64,000 nucleotides of DNA. Origin: Planctomycetota bacterium. GTDB lineage: Bacteria; Planctomycetota; SZUA-567; H5-PLA8. The DNA lies in contig JBBRPR010000003.1 in assembly GCA_038227875.1 (NCBI GenBank), positions 1 through 64,000 of the forward strand, given 5' to 3'. Made by a program: the position numbers and the translations under genes. The notes beneath the pieces are model-generated. The model was not told where the DNA came from, did not search any database, and saw only the letters and a list, made by a program, of their open reading frames with translations. Below, piece after piece: positions 48,763 through 58,278 of the stretch. Positions within the stretch are counted from its first letter, which is position 1; each line of letters begins with the position of its first letter.

Positions 48763-50790
48763 ATGAACAGGCGGTACATTGCATTCGCGTTTTTCGTGGG
48801 AATGGCGCTCGTTGGCTCGGCCTGGTCGGAAGCCGGGGAGGCGACTGTCGGCTGGCGGGGCGATGGCTCCGGTCAGTATCCCAGCGCCGATCCGCCGCTG
48901 CATTGGGGGCGGGTGAGCAAGACCGTCAAGGGCCTGCATTTTCAGGCGGCCAAGCCCAAGGATTCGGACACGGGCGCGCCGATGGCGGATGGCGTCATTC
49001 GCGAGTGGCTCGTGCTGGGACCGGTGGCGCTGCCGGAGGGCGCGAAAATCGATGACGACACGCTGCCCAACGAAACGCAACTGTCGCCGGCGGAAAATGA
49101 GAAGGCTGGTGAGGCCACGTGGAAGAAAATCCACGCCAGCACGGATTGGCTGAACTTCGCCACGCTGATCGGCAAGCCGGACAAGAGCGTCGCGTACGCC
49201 TGTTCGCATGTGTTCTCGGAAACCGGCGGCACCTTCCGCATGAACCTGACCCAGATCGGCGGCGTACGGGTGATCCTGAACGGCAAAGTGATCAAGGGGA
49301 ACAACCGCATCAAGCTCGACCTGGTCAAAGGCTGGAACACGTTGCTGCTGAAGTGCGTACCCGCCGCGACGGGCGCACAAGCGGTGTGGGCAAGTGCGGT
49401 GACTCTGCACGCGTATGCTCCGGCCGAGTATGAAAACACGAACATCGCGTGGATGACGAGCCTGCCGGGCGTGATGGGCGGATTTTATGGCGGTGGCATG
49501 GGCTGCGGCGCGCCGATCGTGGTGAACGATAAAATTTATCTGCTGAGCGAACCGTTCGACCTGATCTGCCTCAACAAGTCCGACGGCAAGATCCTGTGGG
49601 TCAAGAGCAACAGTTACTTCGACGCGGCGATCGACTCCGACAAGGCCAGCCCGTCCTACAAGGAAGCCGAGGTCCTCGCGGGGAAACTCAGCGTCATCAA
49701 CGCGAGTTTTTCCGCCGGCCCTGTGGCGCCGGCAAAGCTCGACGAAAAAACCAAGCTGGAGACCGACATCCAGCTCAAGATGCGGGGCGTCGACGTGGAC
49801 CGCTACAAGCTGCCCGAACGGTCCGACGTGGGCTATTCCGGCTTCACGCCCGTCAGCGACGGGCAGAACATTTACATCTGGCTGGGGACCGGCGTGAGCG
49901 CCTGCTACGACTTGCAGGGCAACCGCAAATGGATTCGCGTCGACAACCTGCCCAACTTCGAACACGGGGTGTCGTCATCGCCGATCCTGGTGGACGGCAA
50001 GCTGGTGGTGTTCATGCGCGATCTGATTGCGATCGACGCGAAGACAGGAAAAACCGCGTGGCAGATTCCGTTGATAAGCCGCGACGGCGCCAATCCCAAC
50101 GGCTACTTTCACGGCACGCCTCTGGCCTTGAACATTGGCGGCGTTGCGGCCATAGCACTGGGCAACGGCACCATTTTACGGGCCAGCGACGGCAAAGCGG
50201 TGTTCACCAATCCGGGCATGGGCAAGGCGGCGATCGCGTCGCCGGTGCTGGAGAAGGGAATGTTGATCCAGACCAGCTCGTGGGGCATGCAGTGCTTTAT
50301 CCATAAACTGCCCGCTGCCTTTGCCGATCCGCTGACACTGGAGACGCAATCGCTTTCGGTGGACACGCCCACGTATCCGCATTTCTACCTGCCCTGGTAC
50401 ATGGCCTCCCCGGTCGTTCACGAGGGCCTGGCGTACCTCGTGAACAACGCCGGCGTGCTGACGGTGGTGGACATCAACGCGGCCAAGGTGGTGTACCAGG
50501 AATTACTGGACCTGGATCATTTTCAGGGACCCAACGATGGCGCGGGGCGCGGAATCGGCGTGAGCCCCACGCTGGCGGGCAAGTACCTGTATTTTTTCGG
50601 AAACAACGGCGCGTCGCTGGTGGTGGAACCCGGGCGGGTCTTCAAGCAGATCGCGAAGAACAAACTCGAGAACGTGGTCGCGATCGGTCACTGGGCCGAA
50701 CGGCAGGAGCGTTTCATCGCCAATCCGGTCTTCGACGGCAAACGCGTGTACGTGCGCGGTGAGGGGACGTTGTTCGCGATCGGGCAATGA
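48763..50790 (+). CDS. Secreted PQQ-binding-like beta-propeller protein with an inserted beta-sandwich domain
   Basis: Signal peptide; WRGDGSGQYP; SSPILVDG, DAKTGKTAW, ASPV motifs; AAGGAG RBS. Confidence 0.88.
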   Translation: MNRRYIAFAFFVGMALVGSAWSEAGEATVGWRGDGSGQYPSADPPLHWGRVSKTVKGLHFQAAKPKDSDTGAPMADGVIREWLVLGPVALPEGAKIDDDTLPNETQLSPAENEKAGEATWKKIHASTDWLNFATLIGKPDKSVAYACSHVFSETGGTFRMNLTQIGGVRVILNGKVIKGNNRIKLDLVKGWNTLLLKCVPAATGAQAVWASAVTLHAYAPAEYENTNIAWMTSLPGVMGGFYGGGMGCGAPIVVNDKIYLLSEPFDLICLNKSDGKILWVKSNSYFDAAIDSDKASPSYKEAEVLAGKLSVINASFSAGPVAPAKLDEKTKLETDIQLKMRGVDVDRYKLPERSDVGYSGFTPVSDGQNIYIWLGTGVSACYDLQGNRKWIRVDNLPNFEHGVSSSPILVDGKLVVFMRDLIAIDAKTGKTAWQIPLISRDGANPNGYFHGTPLALNIGGVAAIALGNGTILRASDGKAVFTNPGMGKAAIASPVLEKGMLIQTSSWGMQCFIHKLPAAFADPLTLETQSLSVDTPTYPHFYLPWYMASPVVHEGLAYLVNNAGVLTVVDINAAKVVYQELLDLDHFQGPNDGAGRGIGVSPTLAGKYLYFFGNNGASLVVEPGRVFKQIAKNKLENVVAIGHWAERQERFIANPVFDGKRVYVRGEGTLFAIGQ

Positions 50791-50817
50791 GGACTTTTCC
50801 CGGCTGGCGCGTCCGCG

Positions 50818-52185
50818 TCACAGACTCTGGTACTTGAGGCAGCCGTACATCAGCATCGAGATGTTCGCGGCGAGGGCGTCGAGTTGGGGGTTGGGCTTGG
50901 CGGCGTTGACGACGTCGATGGCTTGCACGGCCTGATCGAATAAATCGTGCGCCTGCCGCAGCAGTGCGTTGCGCGGTTCGCCGCGGTCCATACTGTCGGC
51001 CAGCGCCTTGCGATACGCGACCAGGCCGTCGCGCAACGACTTCTCGGCGTTCTTCAGACGGTCGTCGGTGCTGGATGAGAGCAGGTGGGAATCGAAATTG
51101 GAGTCGTCGGATTCGGCGACGGCTTGCGGCGCGGTGGTCAGCTGCTTGAGCGACGTGGTCGGCGCGGCGGGGGCGGCCGGCGTTTCGGAGTAGGAGCTTT
51201 CATCGTTGCTCTTGTTGGCGGCGGGTTTGTCGGCGTTGGCGACATTCTGTTCCTGGCCGGCGGCGGCTCCCGGCGCGGCCGCGGCGGCGACGGCGGTGGC
51301 GGGCAGCGCGGCGATGGCTTCGGCGATGGACTTGCTGCAGTCGAGCTTCTCGGTTTCCTTCTGAATGCCTTTGAGCAGCGAGACGCGATCGTGCGACGCG
51401 GGGGGCATCGTGCCGGCCAGCGCGATCAGCTTCTTCCACGACTCCAGCACCTTCTGCGTGCCGACGCGGGCGATGTCGGGGTACGGACCTTTGAAGGCGG
51501 CGATCTGCTCGTAGATTTTGTAGGCTTCGCGGAGCTTGCCTTTCGCCAATAGCTTGTCGGCCTGAGCGAGGCTGTCCTTCATGAACGCGTTGACGTTGTC
51601 GAGCGTCAGCTTCCAGCCGCCGATCACCGAGGTCACGGCCGAGGCGGTGTCAGGAAACGACTGGCCCATGATCGCGTTGCCGTATTGATCGAGCCATGCG
51701 AGGTACGGAAACGTTTTGACGCTCAGTTGCGTGATGATTTCTTTCGCCTTCGCATCGCCGCTGCTGACGCGCACGACGGCGAAATCCTTTTTGCTCGCGG
51801 TAATGATGCTGGGCCACGATTGAAAGAGGGAGATCGCCTTGGCGTCCGCGTCGTTGCCGGCTCGGGCGATGACCAGCAGCACCGGCTTGGAGCCGCTGTT
51901 GGCGAATTGCTCCGCGCTATCGACGGAATCCTGCCACTGGATCATGCGTTCGGGGTCGTCGGCGTTGGAATTGTTGTTGTTATTGTTGTTGCCGCGGCCC
52001 ATTCCGCCGCCATTGCCGCCATTGCCGCCGCCACCGTTTCCATTCCCGCCGCCGCCATTGCCACCTCCACCGCCGCGCCCACCGCCGCCGCCACCGCCAT
52101 GGCTTGCGGCCATCACGTGGCTCGCACCGAGGGCGCAGACGAAGGCCAGGCCGACTAAGAAGGGAGAACGCAGATGCAGCAACAT
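50818..52185 (-). CDS. Secreted protein with Gly/Asn-rich N-terminus, thioredoxin-like domain (no CxxC) and helical C-terminus
   Basis: Signal peptide; poly-G/N tract; IQW.DS...A...KPVLLV...VKTFPYLAWLD. Confidence 0.75.
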   Translation of the reverse strand: MLLHLRSPFLVGLAFVCALGASHVMAASHGGGGGGGRGGGGGNGGGGNGNGGGGNGGNGGGMGRGNNNNNNNSNADDPERMIQWQDSVDSAEQFANSGSKPVLLVIARAGNDADAKAISLFQSWPSIITASKKDFAVVRVSSGDAKAKEIITQLSVKTFPYLAWLDQYGNAIMGQSFPDTASAVTSVIGGWKLTLDNVNAFMKDSLAQADKLLAKGKLREAYKIYEQIAAFKGPYPDIARVGTQKVLESWKKLIALAGTMPPASHDRVSLLKGIQKETEKLDCSKSIAEAIAALPATAVAAAAAPGAAAGQEQNVANADKPAANKSNDESSYSETPAAPAAPTTSLKQLTTAPQAVAESDDSNFDSHLLSSSTDDRLKNAEKSLRDGLVAYRKALADSMDRGEPRNALLRQAHDLFDQAVQAIDVVNAAKPNPQLDALAANISMLMYGCLKYQSL

Positions 52186-52266
52186 AAGGGAGCTCCTTGT
52201 ATTTGTATCACGGCTGTAGAGCGTTTTGGGCGGGAATTGCTGCATGGATTGCGTGGGGTACGTCTG

Positions 52267-52381
52267 GCCAATTGGCTAGACGTTGGATTTTGACCAGTGG
52301 GCCAATTGGCCCGCGAGTGATACACCAGTACTTCAGGCAAATTTGCCTGAGGTAATAAACAGACTTTTTGAGCCAATTGGC
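52267..52381. promoter_or_regulatory. Cluster of palindromes upstream of the 52185 gene
   Basis: GCCAATTGGC at 52267, 52301 and 52372; TCAGGCAAATTTGCCTGA at 52333-52350. Confidence 0.5.
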
Positions 52382-52391
52382 CCGCGCGAAG

Positions 52392-52967
52392 TTACTTCGC
52401 TCGCGAAGTTCGATGGTGCCGAATCGCGCGCACAAGCTTTACGCTCAGCACGAGGGCGAATGCGATTCCGAGCCAGACTTCCGGGCGGTAAAACTGGCCC
52501 CACCACCATTCGGGGAAGCGGCGGTACCAGACGCGGAAGCGGACCGGGCTCTTCCTAATGGACACTGCCATGATGCAATGGTCATCGTCTACGAATCCAT
52601 AAGGATAGTGAGTGGTACTTGGGTCATCAGCCTGACCCATCACATATTTGGAATCGCTGTCATAGTCGTATCTCGAAAAGTTGAATCCTGTTCCATTGCC
52701 ATAAAGCATTCTGTCATTCGTAAATCCTGTAAAGCAGCGTGTGCCGTCTGGGCTTCGTTGGCGCTCCCTCACATCTTTGTTCAGCCACCCCGGAAACCGT
52801 GCCTCCATTTCTGCCCAAGACATCGTCGCGTTTTCCGGCGCCCATGCATTGGTATGCACGAAACACAGCGCCCACACGGGCACCGCGAGCATCAGCAGAA
52901 TTGCGGTGCTGAGATGCAGTTGCCAGAAACGGGATTTGGGCGGGGCAAGTGGGGCGGGATCGGTCAT
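52392..52967 (-). CDS. Two-TM protein with WQLHLST N-terminal motif
   Basis: ATGA overlap with the upstream gene; RFWQLHLSTAILLM; C-terminal RFPEWWWGQFYRPEVW followed by a TM. Confidence 0.8.
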   Translation of the reverse strand: MTDPAPLAPPKSRFWQLHLSTAILLMLAVPVWALCFVHTNAWAPENATMSWAEMEARFPGWLNKDVRERQRSPDGTRCFTGFTNDRMLYGNGTGFNFSRYDYDSDSKYVMGQADDPSTTHYPYGFVDDDHCIMAVSIRKSPVRFRVWYRRFPEWWWGQFYRPEVWLGIAFALVLSVKLVRAIRHHRTSRAK

Positions 52968-53356
52968 GGCGCATTCATTTTTGGCGGAACTCTCCGCGCT
53001 TCCCGCAGGCGCACGCGGAGACGGATTTCGCTTTCGACGAAGTTGCCGCAGATGGCCATGACCGTCAGCGCGATGGTGAAATCGAACACGACGCCGAAAA
53101 TCGTCTCGCCCAGACTCACGCTCCGGCCGGGTTGAGAATCGCCGGTGTGAGTTTCGACGCTGTCGATGTTGTAAAAATGCATCGGCCAGCCGAGACCGCG
53201 TTCCTGAAAGGACCGCATGGGGCTTCCGATAATTGAGCCGCTGCGGGATGGCGTGACATTCAAGCCGACGAACACCGCGGCGAGCAACATCAACGCGAGG
53301 CCGGTGCCGAGGTGGAATTGCCAGCGCTTGTGCGGGGAACGGGGCGAGGCGTTCAT
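52964..53356 (-). CDS. Two-TM protein with WQFHLGT N-terminal motif and GWP motif
   Basis: RWQFHLGTGLALMLLAAVFVGLN...GLGWP; ATGA overlaps at both ends. Confidence 0.8.
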   Translation of the reverse strand: MNASPRSPHKRWQFHLGTGLALMLLAAVFVGLNVTPSRSGSIIGSPMRSFQERGLGWPMHFYNIDSVETHTGDSQPGRSVSLGETIFGVVFDFTIALTVMAICGNFVESEIRLRVRLREARRVPPKMNAP

Positions 53357-54230
53357 CGCGGGGTTTCCGAGGTAGGCGACTCCGGCGGGACGTCGAAGAC
53401 CAGATGCATGACGCAATTGTGGTGAGCCAATGTATCCTCACCTTCCAGTCCCGGCATTTCAACGCTTTGAACTTCAGGAATGTCTGGATGGTAGAAACAA
53501 ACACGCGGCTTGGTGCCTCGTGCTATAGCTTCCTTCTCGGTTCGAGGGATTTGAAACGCACGCTCCACCTCGTAAAAATACTCACTCGCGAGCAGACGTG
53601 TTTGTCCGACCTGCCGCATACTTGAACCTGCAGCGTGACATCGATCCTTATACTTCCGGGTGACCGAGGTGGAAGTCCAAGCTCAGCATTCGAACCTGGC
53701 GAAATCATCTTTACTTCGTAACGATGAATCCAAACGTGCGGCGGCGTTGCGCGCTGCAAAGTCTCGACGTAGTACTCGCTGCGCACCAATCCGTTCGATT
53801 GCCGCTGAACATCTTCGCCAATCGCTTCGATCAAATCGTTATGCCGGTTGGACAGTGCCTGGCGGAACGCGTGGTTGGGTTGCTTGCGCAGTTCGGCGAT
53901 GCGTTTTGTCAGCTCCGGATAGGCTTGATCCACTGGGTCGGCCAGCTTTTTGAGCAGTTTTTCCGCGAGGTCGGCGTCTTCGGCTTCGAGGGCGCGCACG
54001 GCTTGGGCGTAGTAGTCGCGCGTGGGCTCCAGGGGGACGAGGGGTTCGGGCTTTTCGGCGACGACGAGCGTTGGGGTTTCGGCGGACTTACTCTCGGGCG
54101 GTTGCACGGCGGCGCGCTGGAATTTCTCTTCCACGCGGATCAGCGTGGGCGCGAGTTGCAGCAACGCGGCCACTCCGGTGATCACGGCAAGACCGGCCAG
54201 CAACGCCGCGGCTCCGCGCGAGAGTTTCAT
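53353..54230 (-). CDS. Membrane-anchored hypothetical protein, probably frameshifted near 53620
   Basis: ORF 54230-53523 overlaps ORF 53619-53353, whose stop overlaps the next ATG (ATGA). Confidence 0.55.
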
Positions 54231-54236
54231 GGTTGA

Positions 54237-54265
54237 AGGGTAGCACTTTTACAGGCGGAAGTCAC
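54237..54265 (-). promoter_or_regulatory. Leaderless-type promoter for the 54230 operon
   Basis: GTGACT-N17-TACCCT (TGn extended -10)-N6-ATG. Confidence 0.5.
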
Positions 54266-54280
54266 GGGGGCAGGCGGGGC

Positions 54281-54409
54281 TTTTGTAGTCCGGGCGGCTC
54301 GCCCGGAATCTCTTTCCTTTGCTGTCGCGGTAGATCTGGCGCAAAGCGGAAGTGAATCTCTCATCACTTTGATTGAGACTCCGGGCGGGACGCCCGGACT
54401 ACAAAGGGC
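54281..54409. repeat. REP doublet (REPIN-like)
   Basis: tttGTAGtccgggcggctcgcccggaatctc ... gagactccgggcgggacgcccggaCTACaaa in inverted orientation. Confidence 0.85.
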
Positions 54410-54459
54410 GCGCGAAGTGCTTCGACGGCTGCGCACATTCCTGTAGAACAATGCGCTCA

Positions 54460-55839
54460 ATGGATTCTGCAACCTCCGCCTCGTCTCCCCTTTCCGCTTC
54501 GGCGCCGCCGATTGCGTTTGGCGATGCGTTTTTGTTCTGGCTCAAGTTGGGGTTCATCAGTTTCGGCGGGCCGGCGGGGCAGATTGCGATCATGCATCGC
54601 GAGCTGGTCGAGCGGCGCCGCTGGATCAGCGAAGGGCGCTTTCTTCATGCGCTGAATTACTGCATGGTGCTGCCGGGGCCCGAGGCGACGCAGCTGGCGA
54701 TCTATATCGGCTGGCTGATGCACGGCACGCTGGGCGGCGTGGTCGCCGGCGTCTGTTTCGTGCTCCCGGGCGCGCTGCTGCTGGTGCTGCTGAGCTACAT
54801 CTACGTCGTCTACCATCAGGTCACGTTCATCGCGTCGGTGCTCTTCGGTTTCAAAGCGGCGGTGATCGTGCTGGTGCTCGGCGCGCTGCAGCGCATCGGC
54901 AAGCGCGCGATACGCTCGGTCTCGTTCGCGGTGATCGCGTTACTAGCTTTGGTGATGATGTATTTCGCGATTCCGTTTCCGGCGATTCTGCTGACGGCCG
55001 GCCTGATCGGCTGGGTGGGTCCGAAGTTCTCGAAAAATCTGTTCCCGGCAGCGAAGAAAGCGGCGCATGGACCGGCCGCAAGCGGGGGCGCGCCGCATGA
55101 GCGGACGTTCATTGACGACGACACCCCCACCCCGCCCCACGCACGGATCGACCGGCGGCGGCTGGCGGGGATGTCCGGGATTTTCGCGGTGCTACTTTTC
55201 GGGCCATTGGTGCTACTTGAATTACTGCTCGGTCACGACCACATTTTTTCGCAGATGGGACGCTTCTTCACCATCGCGTCGTTTTCGACCATCGGCGGCG
55301 CGTACGCGGTGCTGCCGTATGTCACCGACATGTCGACGCGCGTTTACGGGTGGCTGAATCCCGGCGAGATGATGAGCGGCCTGGCGCTGGGCGAAACGAC
55401 GCCCGGGCCGCTGATCCTGGTGCTAACGTTTGTGGGGTTCGTCGGCGGATGGAACTGGAACGCGCTGCAACACACACAGGGGCTCGCGGCGCCGCTGGCG
55501 GGCGCGGGGATCGCGACGTACTTTACGTTTCTGCCGTCGTTTCTGTTCATCCTGATCGGCGGGCCGTTCGTGGAGAGCACGCGCAACGAGATCGCGATCG
55601 GCGCGGTGTTGTCGTGCATCACGGCGGCGGTGGTGGGCGCGATTGTGAACATGGAGATGTTCTTCACGGCGCAGTTCCTCTTTCCGCAACACGTTTTTGA
55701 CATCAAAGCGCTGGTGCTGGTCGCGCTGGCGGCGGCGGCGCTGTTCTGGCGGAAGTGGGAACCGATGGCAATTGTCGGCGCGTGCGGGGCGTTCGGTGTA
55801 CTCGATTACGTGCTGCGCGCACTCAATTGGATTCCATAA
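54460..55839 (+). CDS. chrA: Chromate efflux transporter (long-chain CHR)
   Basis: KLGFISFGGPAGQIAIMH, LPGPEATQL, GETTPGPLI, FLPSF. Confidence 0.95.
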   Translation: MDSATSASSPLSASAPPIAFGDAFLFWLKLGFISFGGPAGQIAIMHRELVERRRWISEGRFLHALNYCMVLPGPEATQLAIYIGWLMHGTLGGVVAGVCFVLPGALLLVLLSYIYVVYHQVTFIASVLFGFKAAVIVLVLGALQRIGKRAIRSVSFAVIALLALVMMYFAIPFPAILLTAGLIGWVGPKFSKNLFPAAKKAAHGPAASGGAPHERTFIDDDTPTPPHARIDRRRLAGMSGIFAVLLFGPLVLLELLLGHDHIFSQMGRFFTIASFSTIGGAYAVLPYVTDMSTRVYGWLNPGEMMSGLALGETTPGPLILVLTFVGFVGGWNWNALQHTQGLAAPLAGAGIATYFTFLPSFLFILIGGPFVESTRNEIAIGAVLSCITAAVVGAIVNMEMFFTAQFLFPQHVFDIKALVLVALAAAALFWRKWEPMAIVGACGAFGVLDYVLRALNWIP

Positions 55840-55857
55840 TGTAACGGAGAACTATTC

Positions 55858-57060
55858 ATGGCCGTCGACAACCAACGCCTGGTCACGCTGGTCAACGCGA
55901 TGATTCACGGCGTCCACTGGGGACAGGTGCTGCGGCAGGAGCGCGCGCCGATCAAGGGCGACGCGGAATTGTTCGGCCCCGGCGCGCTCAGCCTGGCGCG
56001 GGTGAAGGAGCTCCACGAGAGCTTCAAGCAACTCGCGACGATGCCGACCGAGCAGCTCGTGGCGTGGTCGCGCGGCGAGATTTTCCCGAACGTCGAGAAG
56101 CTCGTCGCCGGACTGCTCGCGGAGCCGATTCCCGATTCGCCGCGCCTGCCGGTGAACGTGATGATCGCGTACATGAAACGGCGGCTGACCGGGCCGGAGG
56201 AATTTTTCGTCCGCGCCGTCGCCAATCTCGTGCAGTTGTGTTTGGAGATCGACCACGACGGCACGTACCTGCAGGATCTGCTGCGGCTGTACATCGCGGT
56301 GGGCGTGAAGCAGCTGAGCCTTCCCGAAGACGACGCGGGCCAGATCGCTGCCGGCCGCGAACTGTCGCCGCTCTGCGCGCCCGCGCCGTTCGACACCGAC
56401 CCCGACGCCTTCCACGCGATTTTTCAGAAGCTGGTCTGGTGGGTCCAGAAGAATAGCGGCCAACGCGACCGCTTCACGCTCGCGCGCGAATTGTCGGAAG
56501 ATCCCGAGATCAAGCCCCTGCTGCCGAAACTCGCCGCGCTCCCGCCGCGCCGCGTCGCGATTCTCGGGCATTCGATGACGATGAGTCTGCACTGGTCTAC
56601 GTTCGGTTCGTGGTGCGACATCGCCGGCGAAGTGGTGAAGCTCGTGAATCCACATTACGAAGCGAAAGGATTTCAGTCCGGCGGCCTGACGCCGGAACGC
56701 GCCGTGATCGAACATCTGGCCAATGTACTCGCGTACAAACCGGACGAAACGTACATCCTTGTCGCCACGCGCCTGCCCAAGGACCGTGAACCGTTCGACC
56801 AAATCGTCCGCGAGCTCCGCGCGGCGGGCAGCAAGGTGTTCATCGTCGACGACGTCCGCCCATTCTTACCGCAAGACCCCGCCGTCCAGAATTTCCTGAA
56901 AGAGCTCTGCCAGAAACACGGCGCGACGCTGCTGGAATACTGGTCGCTGGGCCAGACGCAGAATTTCCACGCGTGGGAGTGCCTGGACGATATTCATATG
57001 CTGACGGATGGGCACGTGTTTTATGCGAAGGAGACGTTGAAGCGGTGGGAGAAACTCTAA
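55858..57060 (+). CDS. Hypothetical protein with C-terminal SGNH-like domain
   Basis: AILGHSMT and DDIHM..GH resemble SGNH blocks I and V; GGAG RBS. Confidence 0.7.
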   Translation: MAVDNQRLVTLVNAMIHGVHWGQVLRQERAPIKGDAELFGPGALSLARVKELHESFKQLATMPTEQLVAWSRGEIFPNVEKLVAGLLAEPIPDSPRLPVNVMIAYMKRRLTGPEEFFVRAVANLVQLCLEIDHDGTYLQDLLRLYIAVGVKQLSLPEDDAGQIAAGRELSPLCAPAPFDTDPDAFHAIFQKLVWWVQKNSGQRDRFTLARELSEDPEIKPLLPKLAALPPRRVAILGHSMTMSLHWSTFGSWCDIAGEVVKLVNPHYEAKGFQSGGLTPERAVIEHLANVLAYKPDETYILVATRLPKDREPFDQIVRELRAAGSKVFIVDDVRPFLPQDPAVQNFLKELCQKHGATLLEYWSLGQTQNFHAWECLDDIHMLTDGHVFYAKETLKRWEKL

Positions 57061-57216
57061 TCTCACGCAAAGCCGCAAAGACGCAAAGAACGGCAACAGC
57101 AAAGAACAGAAAGAACAGATTGTAGCGAAGTCACATTCGGCTGGGGCCAGGCAACTCCTCGGACCAAAATCCAAATAAGTTGCAGTTCTTTGCGTCTTTG
57201 CGGCTTTGCGTGAGAT
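57060..57216. repeat. MITE-like element with ~38-bp inverted arms made of GCAAAG.C octamers
   Basis: atctcacgcaaagccgcaaagacgcaaagaacggcaac / gttgcagttctttgcgtctttgcggctttgcgtgagat. Confidence 0.85.
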
Positions 57217-57223
57217 CTAAAAA

Positions 57224-58015
57224 CTACTCTTTTGCCAATTCCGACGAGAGCGTCTTCAAGAACGCGCCAAACTGAACTTCGTTCCGCTTGTCGATTTCGA
57301 CGAGCGTTTCGTGGGCCTTGAGGATCAGGCGGCGGCGTTCGTTGGCGGGGATGTTTTTTTCGGGGAGGATGGTCATCTCGAGCTGGCCCAGGTCGCAGGA
57401 GCCGCGCATCTTGACGAATTTGTCAACGCCCAGCATCGCCATGAGATCCTGAACGTGCGAGGGGACGTTGACGGCGCTGATCACGCCCTGGGCGGAATCG
57501 GCGGCATCCGGTTCGGGCGTGCGCACGGGTTCGGAGGTCAGGATTTTTGCACCCCCGCTGCCGCTGCCGGTTCCCGAATCGACTTCGCCGTCGCCCATCG
57601 TTTCACGCAGCGCGCGGGCGGCTTCTTCGGGCGTGAGCGGGACCAGATCGTCCTCGACATCCCCGGCGGCGGCCGAACGCGCGGCCGGTTCATCGTGCGG
57701 CGGAGCGGGACGGCGGCGGGGTTTGTCGACGACTTTCTGCAGAGATCCGGATTCGGAAGCGACGGACGCGTGCATGCCGACCATCACGCCCATAAAGGTG
57801 CTGTCGAGGCCCTGGCAGCGTTCCATGTCGAAGACGAAGCGGCTGAAGCCAGCCTTGCGCTGCTCATCGGCGAAATCCGCCAGCGCGGGCGCGTTGACCA
57901 TGTTGCCCTTCCCCACCACGCGGATGACCACGAGGTCCGAGCCGCGGGCAACCGCGATGAAATTCCGGCTGGCGTTGGCAGAGGAGGATGATGACGAATC
58001 GGATCGGCTGGGCAT
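57224..58015 (-). CDS. STAS-domain (anti-anti-sigma-like) protein with a long internal insertion
   Basis: VVIRVVGKG, FVFDMERCQGLDSTFMG, DLMAMLGVDKFV; C-terminal ILKAHETL..I...N..QF. Confidence 0.85.
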   Translation of the reverse strand: MPSRSDSSSSSSANASRNFIAVARGSDLVVIRVVGKGNMVNAPALADFADEQRKAGFSRFVFDMERCQGLDSTFMGVMVGMHASVASESGSLQKVVDKPRRRPAPPHDEPAARSAAAGDVEDDLVPLTPEEAARALRETMGDGEVDSGTGSGSGGAKILTSEPVRTPEPDAADSAQGVISAVNVPSHVQDLMAMLGVDKFVKMRGSCDLGQLEMTILPEKNIPANERRRLILKAHETLVEIDKRNEVQFGAFLKTLSSELAKE

Positions 58016-58220
58016 GTTCCTGCTAAGTCTCGCTGTTCTCGTCGCAGTAAACAACTATGCCACTGAACGCGGGAATGTCCAGTACGGCGTAGCGGCGAAT
58101 GATGAAGCCCTGGCCGCGAGGTGGGTGAGCGCAGCGAATTCGAACCTCATCGGTTCGCGGGTTAATGTTGACCACGCATTGAACGGAATTCGCCGTTATC
58201 GACATTCGCAAGTCCTGCCT

Positions 58221-58249
58221 TTGAAAACCCCGGGCATTTTTGCTATACT
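58221..58249 (+). promoter_or_regulatory. Sigma-70 promoter
   Basis: TTGAAA-N17-TATACT with TG extension. Confidence 0.65.
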
Positions 58250-58278
58250 TCCGTTCGGCTTTGTTTATGGAGGTTCTT

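Noticed and set aside
52968..53504. 5' half of the 370-aa ORF 52392..53504
   Set aside because: It overlaps a better gene in another frame; the real start is the ATGA-coupled ATG at 52967.
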